Assembly (NCBI GenBank): GCA_010093815.1
Contig: ML996569.1
DNA: 64,000 bases
From: Pseudovirgaria hyperparasitica
Lineage: Eukaryota
Direction: 5' to 3' (one strand)
Shown here: positions 28,334 to 40,427 of the stretch, piece by piece
Position numbering within the stretch: position 1 is the stretch's first letter
How the letters are laid out: each line of letters opens with the position of its first letter
Program-made: the position numbers and the translations under genes
The notes under the pieces: model-generated
What the model was told of the DNA's origin: nothing
The model's database searches: none
What the model saw: only the letters and a program-made list of their open reading frames with translations

Positions 28334-29185
28334 GGTGGACGCGACTGAGCTTAAGTATTTGAGGTCGATGGCGCACCTTTTTTCAAGGTAAGCTGCTCCC
28401 GCGGATCAAGACTTGTAGCTGATAGATTATCTAGCTGTGCGATTATATACTTCCTGTGGGAGATTCCGCACGACTGTTGTAAAGAGAACTAGTCCGATAT
28501 GCATGAAAGTGATTTAGAGGGGTAAAGATATCGAAGTGGAAATGTTCAAAGCGACCCGGGGACATTATAGGTTGGAGTTAGCCTATTTTAGCACATGAAC
28601 GACGTTAGCGTATGTTTGGTTTGCGACCGGCCTGAGGCGTCATCAGCCGATCCTGAGCTGTGTAGGTTCTCCTCTACCTTTGATCTGTAACTCTTTTGTC
28701 CCGTCACCTAGGCGCTTCTGAATATCACTTTCCCTCCGATTTCGCTTCTTTCGTAAATTGGATTTTATCAGACGTTAGTTGCGCCGCATCTTCTGAATAA
28801 GGCCTTGGCTCTACGTCCTCGGCTGACGCGAATCCTAAACCTTCGTTCGGCATCCCCAACCAGCACCACGCTCAAGATCTGTTGAGAACCTACACATACA
28901 TATTTACCATTTACTACGAGCATACTGTCACCCTAGAGAATATATATACGCAATCCTTGACCCACTATGGTTTGCTACGGAGCATGAACCACTCAAATCC
29001 TCGCGCACCGGACTTGACTCTCCAAAACTCTGAGGATTTCCCGAGACTAGGTCACGGCGCTTGACAAGAGCGCCTGACGAAAGCGTCTTGCTCGACAAGA
29101 AGCACACTCGCATTATAGAAAGGATAACCTGAGGTCAGCCAGGCTGGTATCAGTTCGGCGCCAACATTGTGATCAGTCCCCGGAC

Positions 29186-30602
29186 ATGGACACTGGATAT
29201 ACTGCGGAAACCTCCCGCTTGGATGGAGTGGCTGAAATAGAAGAATACGACGAAAAGACACCTCTAATATCGAGCACTGATTACGAGACTGTGAAGGGCT
29301 CACGCAGGTGGCGCATAACGGAACATACTATTGGAACTATCAAGATCATTGTCTCTACCATTACAGCACCGTTGAGATACGTCATAGCTTGTTTTTACAA
29401 CGAACAAGGCTACTTTTCTGCAACTCTTCCCGTCTATCGAATCGCGCGCGCATTGACAGGTAGGCGACGTAAGACTGAAGGGCACGCGGGTCAGCAGGCA
29501 CCAGAAAGAGAGAAGTCCTCCCGAAGAACACGTTCCAGGATGGCGAACAAAACGACTAATAAGCGATCGCCCTCTGCCGAATCAACCTCTGCAATCAGCT
29601 CAGACTCAGAAGCAGATGGTATGCAGGGTCATGACAGCCCAGCAAGACATACGAGGTCGAGAGGCTCCATTGCTTCTAGTAGTGGTGATGAGATCGCGCC
29701 GTCGAAGAAGTCGATACGTATTAGGCTTCACAATGAAGACGCATCAAGACAGCGCAAACGTAAAGGAACAACTACACGGACAGGGAAAAATTCAGTGGGC
29801 CCTGAACAGACCCCTTCTGAAGCCGCCGCGCAGGCTCTGAAGTCACCGTCAAGTCCGGCAACCACTCCCAAGATTACCAAATTCCCACGTGCTCCACATC
29901 CACCGAGACCCCTTGTACCAAGGCGACAACCTTCATATTCCGCGTCTGGGACAACGTCTGTTGGCCCTCACGCCCATAAAAAGACGCTCGTCATAGATCT
30001 CGACGAAACCTTGATCCACAGCATGTCGAAAGGAGGACGTTTCACAACCGGCCATATGGTCGAAGTCAGACTGCAGCAGCCTGTTCAAGCTGCTGGTGCC
30101 GTCCTAACACCTCAAGTTCCCATTTTGTATTATGTGCATAAGCGACCACACTGCGATGAATTCCTTCGAAAAGTCAGCAAATGGTACAATCTCATTGTCT
30201 TCACAGCCTCTGTACAAGAGTATGCCGATCCTGTCATAAATTGGCTCGAACTCGAGCGCAAATACTTTTGCCAGAGACTCTACCGCCAACACTGCACGTT
30301 CCGAAACGGCTCATATATCAAGGATCTCACTCATGTAGAGCCAGACTTGAGTAAGGTTATGATATTGGACAACAGTCCGATGAGCTATGTATTTCACGAA
30401 GGTATGTTGACTCAAGTCCATTCATCTCAAGTTTGACTGACATCTCGGTCTGGCAGACAACGCTATCCCGATAGAAGGCTGGATCAGTGATCCTACCGAC
30501 AACGATTTGCTCCACCTGATTCCATTTCTTGAAGGCTTGCAGTATGTGACAGACGTTCGAGCGTTGTTAGCACTTAGACTTGGCGAGCCGCAAACAGTTT
30601 AG
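29186..30602 (+). CDS. NEM1: Nem1-like HAD/NIF (CTD-type) phosphatase
   Basis: KKTLVIDLDETLIHS, YYVHKRPHCDEFL, FTASVQEYADPVI, LDNSP; intron 30402-30456; last exon DNAIPIEGWISDPTDNDLLHLIPFLEGLQYVTDVRALLALR; start codon uncertain. Confidence 0.88.
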
Positions 30603-31004
30603 ATACAGGGCATACAGTGGCGTCTGATCAAACAACGGAGCGCAGCATGGACCATTATCTTTTCTGTATCATATCTTGTGTTTAGTATAGGCGATTGACC
30701 ATCGCATCTTCGAAGGAGATACCCGGGTTTTCCGTTCGCAGCAGAGCTGGACTAAAGTGTATTGCTCGGTGATACATCGGATCAAGTCCGGACTTGATTC
30801 ATGAACGTCGACACTCCAGTACTTCACTTCCCACCACCACGAATTCACAAACCATTGCCGCCTGTGCTAGCTTCGAGCTCAATCGCGCAGCTCCAACATG
30901 CGCCCATTCTTGTGATTTCTACCAGCGGTAGCATACACTGCTACGTCAGCTTCCCACCATCTCTCCCTCTCCACCGCAGCGATCCATTCACCTGCTCCAC
31001 CACA

Positions 31005-31727
31005 ATGCCGCTCTGCTCCACCCAAATCCTCGTGACAGCAACAGCAGTCCTCATCACCACCCTCATACTCCTCACCACTCGCCTCCTCGCCATTCTCCCT
31101 TCCTCCCGCGCAAAGCCCGCACCGCGCATCCGCGGCTCACCAACACACATCCTCATCGTGCTCGGCAGCGGCGGCCACACAGCCGAGATGCTCACGATCC
31201 TGCGCGATCTGGACCCTTCCACATACACGAACCGCACATATGTCGTGGGCTCGGGTGACGCGTTCAGCGCGAGCCATGCGCGGAAATTCGAGGCGCAGCT
31301 GGAGCAGAGGCATGCAAAAACGGGGGGAACATGTACATGGAGGTACGCGATTGTGACTGTGCCACGGGCGCGGCGGGTGCATCAGTCACTGCTTACGACG
31401 CCGGTGTCTGCGCTGCAGTGTTTGTGGTGTTGTTTGCAGCTGTTGCGGAATGCGGAGGCTGGGTATCCCGATCTGATACTGACGAATGGACCGGGGACTG
31501 GGGTGATTGTTGTTCTGGCCTCGCTGGTGTTACGGTTATGTAATGTTGGAGGAGCGAGTTCACAGGATAAGATGCGGACTTTATATATCGAGAGCTGGGC
31601 GCGGGTGAAGAGTTTGAGTCTGAGCGGAAGGCTGCTGTTGAGAGTCGTCGATCGGTTTCTTGTTCAATGGGAAGGGCTGAAGGGTGTTGGTGGTAAGGGG
31701 GAGTACATCGGAGTCTTGATAGCTTAA
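31005..31727 (+). CDS. ALG14: UDP-N-acetylglucosamine transferase subunit Alg14
   Basis: N-terminal TM helix; ILIVLGSGGHTAEM, VPRARRVHQS, PDLILTNGPGT, YIESWARVKSLSLSG, DRFLVQW. Confidence 0.95.
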   Translation: MPLCSTQILVTATAVLITTLILLTTRLLAILPSSRAKPAPRIRGSPTHILIVLGSGGHTAEMLTILRDLDPSTYTNRTYVVGSGDAFSASHARKFEAQLEQRHAKTGGTCTWRYAIVTVPRARRVHQSLLTTPVSALQCLWCCLQLLRNAEAGYPDLILTNGPGTGVIVVLASLVLRLCNVGGASSQDKMRTLYIESWARVKSLSLSGRLLLRVVDRFLVQWEGLKGVGGKGEYIGVLIA

Positions 31728-31839
31728 AGGAACTATGCTTCCGCATGAAGTGATGCTTGATGGGTCGCAACCAATGGCAAAGTCACAGAAAATATTTACA
31801 GTTTCTATACTACAGACAACAAGATCATTGGTACACGCA

Positions 31840-33096
31840 CTATACAGAGGGTCGTTGCTCTCCCGCTGTAGCAGGAAGTATACCAGCAAGGCGCTCTTCC
31901 GGAACCTTGTGCTTAATCGCAAGATACTGGACAAGAGAAATCTCACCACGCATTAATCTTTCGTGCGCTGCCTCCTCTTCACTCGTCCTCTCGGCGGCTT
32001 TCTTGTTTTGCTGCCACCGCATTTCTTGTAAGGGGGTGCGGATGTGATTCAGGTCTGGATTCTTGAGGTCCTCTGCTTTTTGGAATTCGTATGCTCGTTT
32101 TGCCAAGTACTCGGGATCGTGCCTTACTCGATAATTGCTATACTTATTACGTAGCTCGTCTATTAGACCATCAGGCAGTGGGGCTTGGTGTAGCTGAGGC
32201 ATGTACGTAGCATCTTCCACTTCGATGCGTTTCGTATCGCAGTCGTGTTCGTCAACTAGGTCCGGCTCGTTATGGGGCCACGGCACCTCGATGTTAGTCC
32301 CTGCGATGAATCGAACAACGGTCTCGTCATCTGCGTGACGTTTATGCTTGAATAGTTTTGGGGGAACAGGCTCCCTGTATTCCTTTGAACCCTTCAGTTC
32401 TGGCCTGAACCGGGGGAGGTCGTCCGCATGTAGAAGCGTGACGGCGTCAACGATGACAGGTTGTTCAGCCTTGATTCCATTCTGTCCCGTTTTCGATACA
32501 AAGGCGACTAGTCGAAGATCATCCATACGCAATGGTATTTCCTGGGTACCGTAGGGGTCTTTGGATCCCGTAGCAAATCGTTCTTCTTCACTTTTCCGAA
32601 GATCAGACTGTGGAATGGTTAGTATGAGACACTACTACATCTCGCGTGACCGCCTTGCCTTGTTGATCCCCGACAATCTTGCATCTGCTGTGCGAAGCTC
32701 GACGTGTTCGATTTTACCGATTCGACCCTTGTATCTTCCATTTGCAACGGCTACGGTATCACCCTCACGGAACGGGTAAATCCATTTGGATGAGTTTTGT
32801 GGTGGCACAGTATAATTGATGAAATCATAGCCATCAAGAGTTCCGAATTCGCCCGGTGCCATACCGAGATCGTGTCGAGGAGCCAGTGGCCCGGCATTCC
32901 AGTCCTTCATCCACCTAGGCTTCACGTCCAGTTTGAAATAGTCATTTCTCATGACCGTCACCATGTTGTTGCTGTCTAAAGCTGCTTTGTACAGCTGCTT
33001 CTCAAAGCGTGCTTTTTTCTTCAGCCGTGCCCTTACAGATCGTTTTCGATTGCTCGCCGCCCGCTGAATGAACTTTTGCACCGATTGAAGCGTCAT
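31840..33096 (-). CDS. MRPL40: Mitochondrial ribosomal protein uL24m (KOW domain)
   Basis: DWNAGPLAPRHDLG; KOW motif FREGDTVAVANGRYKGRIGKI; DLRLV; RFIAGTNIEVPWP; IDELRNKYS; one intron 32608-32658. Confidence 0.82.
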
Positions 33097-33426
33097 TTTG
33101 TCGATGTTGCGCGTCGATGCGCTGTCTAGGAGGAAGTATTGCGCGAACGACTATGACGAGGCAGTAGGTAGTGGCAGATAGCACTATCCAAGTTATTCTA
33201 CTCAGTCAAGCCACATCCCGAAGCGAGAAGACGATCAGATAAACGGAAGGCGCAGTGTCAGGGTCGAGGATGTTTGATTGTGAAGAAGCTCCCAGGTTGA
33301 TACAAGCTCGAAAAGTCGACTAGTTTGGAAGTGGAGAGGCTTGGCAAGACGCTTTTCCGACTGCGACACGCGGGAAACGGCAGAATCGCGCTGTCGGACC
33401 GACATTCTGGTTTCTCTCTCTTGACA

Positions 33427-35437
33427 ATGCCTCTATTGCGCCGGGGTCCCATCTGCCACGGATGCCAGCAACGCTCGTCACAGGCTCTGCAGAGTCCTGT
33501 TCGACAGTTTCAGTGCGAGCATTGCGAGGCCCTGAACTATTTTGACGAGGTGCGGCCCGATCTGTATCAGGAAGATATCCATTGTAGCTCCGCTAACCCC
33601 GTCATAGCATGGCGATATAGCAGATCCACCACCACAAGTCACGGATCCTTTCGCAGCGTCCTCCTTACCGTCTGTGCAGTATGCATATCAAGTTCCTCGT
33701 CCGTCGACGCCGCTGCCGTCAGCAACGCAAGATACGCTGTTCTGTGCAGACTGCGTGAAGAACCAGCAGTACTACACCGATGCCTTGTCAAACTATCTTC
33801 CGCCGCCCGATGACCCTTCATATGAAAAGTATGAAGCCGCGTATAATGACTGGAAGAGGAGCCTAGAAGAGCGTTATCCGCAAGTATGTGCGACGTGCCT
33901 GCCACGAGTCAGACAGAAGTTGAAGGATACTCGATATGCGACCATAACAGAGGACCTGCGGCGGAAAATGCTGCGCAGCAAACATGGGCTCCCTATAAGT
34001 TACAACCAGATGCTGTCCAGGCGTGGTGTATTCTACATTCTTGCCGGTGCGGGATGGTGGCTCAGCATACTATCACAGCTTGCATGGCATGCTTTGGGCT
34101 TGTTGATCGCGCAAGGAAGCTATCACGACGACGATGAGATTTTACCGAGCACATGGCAATGTGGAGAACGCCTTTGGAAAGCTCACGAGATATCATGGCC
34201 ATGCTTCGAGCATGTCACCCCATTGCTATTACCCTCACTCCTCATCGGTTTCCTATGCTGCTGGTGGCATCCCACTCTAATAAAAAAGATGCACGCTTCG
34301 GGCGGGAGAATGAAGGGGCAAAAGAACTACCTACAGCTGCAGTTGGTAACCCTGACCATCAGGCTAGGACTATGGCGATTCCTGCGAGAGCCATTCTTCC
34401 TAACACCACAAGCATTCAAAGGAGCCCATACCGCAGCACTGGCATTCCTCCTCATCATGATCATCGCTTCCATACGAGCAATCCACATCGACTACACGCC
34501 TCGCTTCACATTCAAAGAACTCCAAGAACCAGCAGCACCCAAACCCTCCCCAGGATCCCGCACACCAGCTACCTCCAACCCTCACACATCACCCACCACC
34601 TTCCAACCCTCACCCCTCCGCGTCGAGCCCTTCCCCATCACCAAACTAGCCCCGACATCACCACACCACTCCCCCAACAAATCAGACCCAGAAAGCAGCC
34701 CAGACGACGACGACGACAACGACAACAACACCGCAGCAGACATCGACGAAATGGACTGGACCCCCACAAGACGCGACTCCTCAACCAGCTTCCGACCCTC
34801 CAAACCCCTAACCTCAACAACCCCCTTCAACCACCCACCCAACCAAATAATCACACACCCAATCCCCTCCCCCTTCTTCGGCACCCTCCCCTCCGCACCC
34901 CTCACGCCCGCCCACCGCGCCCGCAATCCACCGCAACGCCCCCTCTTCAAAGCGACCCCGCTCGCCAAACAGCAGGACTTTTTCACCAGCATGATGCTGA
35001 AGGGCGCAGCGCAGAACAGTAATACACGGGGTTCTGCACAGCAGCAGCAGCAACAAACACAACAAACACAGCAACAACAGACAACACCATTCACCCTCAC
35101 CCCCGCCACCCTGAACCTGGCCGAAGATCCCGTCGAGACCGGGCTGGAGAGCATCTTTGACAATTTCTTTACCATTGCGGATGAGCCGGCGGAGGTGCGG
35201 GCTGTGCGGGCGCGGACTGCGCGGAGTGCGCGGAGGGATTGGTGGGCTGTGGTGCGGATGGTGGGTGTTTGGATTAGTCCGTTGGTTGTGGGTGTGGGGG
35301 TGATGTATGCTTGGGCTGGGTGGCGGGGTGGTGGTGGTTATGGTGATGCTAGGGGGCAGGTGGGAAAGGGGCGGCAGATGCCGGTTCGGTTGCCGTTGGG
35401 GGGGACGTGGGTTGAGATGGATGGTTATGGTGGGTAG
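33427..35437 (+). CDS. IMA1: Integral inner nuclear membrane protein Ima1
   Basis: Four CxxC pairs (CHGC, CEHCEALNYFDE/HGDIADPP, FCADCVKNQ..YLPPPDDP, LEERYPQVCATC), several TM helices, MDWTPT and SPFFGTLP motifs; intron 33550-33607. Confidence 0.88.
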
Positions 35438-35887
35438 TGGGTGGGTGGGTTGGTTGTTCGTGGTGGTGATAAGTTGTGTTTTTCTTGTTTGAGGCTCGTG
35501 TTCACTCTGTTGTGGCGTGCATAAGCAATCGTACGATTGGTGTTTGTAGAGCGTGGTCGAACTCTCTCCCTTAGTGACAGAATGAAGCGTACGTGTGTGA
35601 AAGTTTTTAGAACTGCTCTTGATTATTGGGCGAGCTATTTTCATGTTGTCATCTGGCTCATCTCCATGCATACATACATACAATGGCTATACCGATGACG
35701 AAGTGACGACGACGACGACGACGGCGACGAAAGGGAAGAGTTGGGCAAAACCAGAATCCCGCGACCTTGCCTTGCCTTGCAAACCCATGCCCTTCATGCT
35801 TCGTCTTCCCCCTTCCCTTCCCTTACCCGCCCTTCCTCCCTCTCGGCCTCCCGTGTCTAGTCCCTTTCTTTCATTCTCTCTCGTTGT

Positions 35888-36456
35888 CTATGAACGAGGC
35901 TTCTCCTTCTTCTCTTTCCAGAGCGCGGACAGACCGACACCGGATACCTTGACGACCTTGAAACGCACACCGGGGATATCACCCTTGGCCTTGCCCTTGC
36001 GACCGAATCCGGCAAGGAGGACCTCGTCATTCTCGTCGACAAAGTTGAGACAACCGTCGTTGGGCACTGTGATGCTTCGTATCAGTCTCTAGCCCTCATA
36101 ACAACGATAAATCTCATTTTTCATCCCAACACCCTATATACCCACCGCCCCCCTCTCCCCCTTTCAAAAAGAAGAAAGAAAGCCACAAGCAACATACCAA
36201 AAGCAGTAACCTTCTTCCCATTCTTGATCAACTGCACGCGCACACACTTGCGAATGGCCGAGTTGGGCTGCTTGGCCTCGACGCCGACCTTTTCGAGCAC
36301 AATCCCTTTGGCGTGCGAGGAGCCGCCAAAGGGCGAGGACTTGTACGCCGTGCCGAGGAGGCGCTTCTTGTATGACAGGTCGGCCCAGCGGCCCTCGCGG
36401 CGATGGTTGCGCAGCTTGCGGGCGGCGTTGAGACCTCTTGGCTTGCCTTTTCCCAT
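35888..36456 (-). CDS. RPS23: 40S ribosomal protein S23 (uS12)
   Basis: [40 protein letters not shown] /intron 36067-36197/ [31 protein letters not shown]; probable 5'UTR intron near 36463-36554. Confidence 0.98.
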
Positions 36457-36856
36457 GGTTGCTGTTGGGTGGGTTTGTGTGTCAGAGAGAGAATTGGTTT
36501 ACAGTGGGAGGGTATGTGGGATGGGGAGATGGAGGGGAGGGGAGAGGAATCGTACCGGTTGTATGTGTGTGCTGGGGGTTAGTAGTTGGACGTCGTGATG
36601 CGGTTTTGAACGGGCAGTCGTTCGAAAGTCGAGAGGGAGGTCGAAATTTGGCGTGGGCTAGCGGATGTGGTAAGCGCGGACTTAAGCGAGGCTTCTATCG
36701 TACGCAAGGTCACGTGCTATCTTGGCCGTGCTGGCGGAAACACACAGCGGGGCGGAAAGGCTCGGCGATGTCGTCCGTCCCCTCCGCCCGAACAACCTAC
36801 ATCCTCACTCTCACTTTCAAGACCAAGGACTGATACGCCCTCTACAACAACCCACC

Positions 36857-37678
36857 ATGACCACACCCTCCAAACCCACCACCAACCTCCGCCCCCCAAT
36901 CCCATCCCTCTTCATCGGCCCTCCCTCCCACAACACATCCACCACCTCCCTCCTCCCACCAAACCCGCCTCTCACCCGCCAACGCTCCACCCACCAACCA
37001 ACAAACACCACCACCACCCCCCAAGACCCCCTCGCACGCCTCCGCCACCACAACCAACAACACAACCACCACCCCCCCAACCCCAACCCCTCCACCGCCC
37101 ACACCGACGCAATATGGGCCTCAATGCAGCACACCCTCGAAGAAGTCGAACTCTCCGCCCTCAGCGGCGCACACGTCTTCAACACGAAGCACGCAAGCGC
37201 ACTAGACGAGCTGCGCACGGCGCAAATAGCGCTTGCGCAGGCGTGGGCGAGCAGTGAGGCGGACGCAGAGTCAGAGTCAGAGTCGGAAGGTCACTCGGGG
37301 GATCCGGAGGACGCCCGGCGAGACAATCCCGCAGCAGCAGCAGCAGCAGCGGGACAAACCCTGCTATCCCCAGACCGAATAGAGCGGATAGAAAGGATAG
37401 CAACCCGGGCGCGCGGCGAGAGCGAAGCCAGCATGGGAAGTGAGCAGACGGGACAGGACGACGACGACGAAACGCGAGACGATATCGCGCACGCGCGGCG
37501 GCGGAGAGAGGCGAATGATCGGTATTTCGAGCGGGTGAGCGCGGGGGTGGCGGATGTAGTTGCGCGGCTGGAGGAGGTTGCGCGGGCGATGAGGGCGGTG
37601 GGGCAGGAGAGTAGGGAGATTTGGGGGGATTCTGGGGGGGAGAGTTTGGGTAGTGGGACGAGTGGGAGTGTGGGTTGA
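36857..37678 (+). CDS. Conserved hypothetical coiled-coil protein (possibly DUF5315-like)
   Basis: Open ~273 aa frame with ordered helices DAIWASMQHTLEEVELSA..HVF..HASALDELRTAQIALAQAWA and ARRRREANDRYFERV; family assignment tentative. Confidence 0.7.
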   Translation: MTTPSKPTTNLRPPIPSLFIGPPSHNTSTTSLLPPNPPLTRQRSTHQPTNTTTTPQDPLARLRHHNQQHNHHPPNPNPSTAHTDAIWASMQHTLEEVELSALSGAHVFNTKHASALDELRTAQIALAQAWASSEADAESESESEGHSGDPEDARRDNPAAAAAAAGQTLLSPDRIERIERIATRARGESEASMGSEQTGQDDDDETRDDIAHARRRREANDRYFERVSAGVADVVARLEEVARAMRAVGQESREIWGDSGGESLGSGTSGSVG

Positions 37679-38291
37679 AGGGAGGGTTGGGTGTGGTGGG
37701 ATGTTTCGGTTATGGATTTTGGTGCTACGGCTTCGAGTGTTTTGGGCTTGGGGGCTTATTGGGCTGCGTGGGATGGCGGTGGCTGTATGGCGGTCGATGC
37801 TATGCTGCTGGGATTGGAGAGGTGCTTTGGGATCATGGTGACGGTTTTTAGGAGGGGGCAGAGCGAGAACAGAGAGGAGAGGGCAAGGCCTCATGTCACG
37901 TTCCAAAAGAGCGGCTACACTCTTACTGAGGATTGTAGACACGGTCAATACTGTGGGACACAGGTCACTTTGCGTCGAGAGAGAGACACCAAAGGACTGT
38001 CTATAGACATGCAAAACATCCTTATAATTAGACCTCAAGCTATCTCTTCATAACATCAGAGTGCAACGTACACGTTAAGCTTCTATACGCACAATTGTGT
38101 ATATAAGACGCATCTCAGTGTCAGACAACTTGGCAGTATCTCAGAAAACGGAATTAGATGCGCAAGAAGGGCTTTCATACTCAAACGCCAATCATGCATG
38201 TGTGTCAAGTACAGATAGTATACACGTCATCGAGGCCTAGCTTGCCTGTATTTTGTACAATGAACGGGACAGACGCGCCGCTGTTATACGT

Positions 38292-39382
38292 CTATGCTGT
38301 GACTGTCTGTGCTGCAGCCTCCTCTGCCTCCTCAATGACCTCGAGCTCCGGGAGTTCGGGCCAGGGCTTCTTGATCGCGTCTTGTATTTTGACAATGCAG
38401 CCTTTATTTCCGGCGACAGGTCCTAGTGTAGCAGGTCAGCTAGACCTCACCAAATGTAAATGAAGATAAACCGGCTTACCAGATACTAGGATGATACCGT
38501 TCTCCTTATCCACCTTCAAGATCTCCAGGTTTTGGACTGTCTTCCGTATATTGCCCATCCTCCCGGGCATTTTCTTACCCGGGATAACTCGACTACCACT
38601 GCCCTGGGAGCCACCCGCGGAACCCATCTGTCGATGCGTCTTCGACACACCGTGCGACGCATCCTGTCCATGCCAGCCCCATTTCTTCATACCCTACAAC
38701 CAACGTCAGCAAAATCTTTCCCCTTCTCCGACCATACCAAAGCACTTACACCAGCAAACCCCTTTCCCTTGGTATAGCTCCTCGTATCTACGTACGTCCC
38801 CGGCACAAACCAGTCCGCCCATATCCGACTGCCCAGCGGACTCCTCATCAGCCCTTCCTCGTCGCGAACAGGGAATTCGGCCAGATAGCGTTTGGGACTG
38901 ACGCCACTGGCTGCAAAATGCCCTAGCATTGGCCGACCCACGTTCTTTGCCTGCCGGTGTCCGGCGCCAATCTGCACGGCCCAGTATCCGTGGACGTCAC
39001 GGCGCTTGTAGCTGACGACCTCGTTGCGGTCGACTTGTAGCACGGTACAGCATTTTCGTGTTCCGTCGGGGAGGTAGACGGCGCTCATGCCTTTCTTGAC
39101 GGCAAGTACGCCTGTGCGGTGAGGTAGTGAGTCGCCGTCAAGCTTGCGTCTCAGAGCGGCGGTCTTGGTGGTTGTGAGGGCTGGGCGGCCAGGGTAGTGA
39201 TTGAAGCGGTTGAGCTTGGGATTCGGGTCCCATGTCGAGTAGATTGTGCGGCGCTGGAGAAGGGACGTGGATGGTCGTGCGAGGATGGTGTTGCTCGAAG
39301 AAGGGAGAGTGCGCAGTATGGAGGGTACGAGGAAGCGCGGAGGGAGGTGCGCCGCCCAGAGGGCGCGTTCTATGGGCGGCAT
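38292..39382 (-). CDS. MRPL9: Mitochondrial ribosomal protein uL3m
   Basis: RTGVLAVKKGM, GYWAVQIGAG, YVDTRSYTKGKGFAG / MKKWGWHGQDASHGVSKTHR..GKKMPGRMG / GPVAGNKGCIVKIQDAIKK; two introns. Confidence 0.93.
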
Positions 39383-40427
39383 GATGGCTGATTGGCGGTA
39401 TGTGACCTGGGAGCAGGTTGCAAGAATGCAAGGCGAAATGAGCACGGCGTGTTGAGGACGGTTGGCGTTATAGGCTGCTGTAGGTAGTAGAGACAATGAA
39501 TGGAATGGTCTGATGAGTCGGGGGTGGAGGAGGAGCAGCAGGAACTTTTTAGTGGGCCATGTTGATTGGCTATATTAGCCGCGATGTGATAGACGCCGTA
39601 AGCGCCTCGAATCAAGCCACGGCGCTTCCAAGAATCATGACGATAATAATGAAGACCCGGACAGGGACGCAGGTAGGAGATTATCGAACCCCACACTATC
39701 ACCGTCATGTTGTATCACGAGGAGGATTGCATACGGCTTGCAGGGGTGAGTTGAGCAAATCAGGCCCCCGGATATCAGCGCGACCAGGGTTACGGGCGGG
39801 CGCCAAAGTGCGAACGGCCACAATGGGATGAGTCTTGGACAATGTCGGATAACTTCCCATTCCAGGCTAGGAAATGTCACGGAAGAGCGAAATTGGAAAA
39901 CACTGTGGAAATTGTCTGATGCTTTTGATATCAATAGTGCCTAATTCAGGACATGTATATACAGATGGGCCTCCCAGGGTAGTGTACAATAATAACAAGA
40001 ATGTGAATCGCAACGTTGGTGGTATCTTATAATCGAGGAAGCCGTAGTTGTCCTGCACCCCCGATCTTTTGTCGTTCTATCGTGATGATGATGACGTGAT
40101 ACTGTTTTTTTACTGTTATATTCGCGCGAAATGTGGCTTTGCGTAATAAGAATGCTGGTACAAAGGCTCATGTTTTGATATCAATATGTGCATCGTCCGT
40201 ATGGCATGCTCCGAAGTACCAAGTCGGCATAGGGATGTCCATGAGCTAATTCGTGGGAGGCCAGCCAATCGCTGTTGGCTGTGCTCAATCACTTCATAGA
40301 GTTTTGAACGCGAAATCGGTGACGACGAGAGCTGTATGTATGATCGACTGAGCCTTGATTCCTTCGAGAACTGATCGCGGATATTTGGGATGCTCCAAGA
40401 CGGGTGTCTATGCCTCATACTTCTCGT

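Noticed and set aside
34153..35683. Long alternative-frame and antisense ORFs over IMA1 (similar ones at 50143-51135 and 58969-59871)
   Set aside because: Shadow ORFs caused by low-complexity skewed composition and codon bias of the real genes
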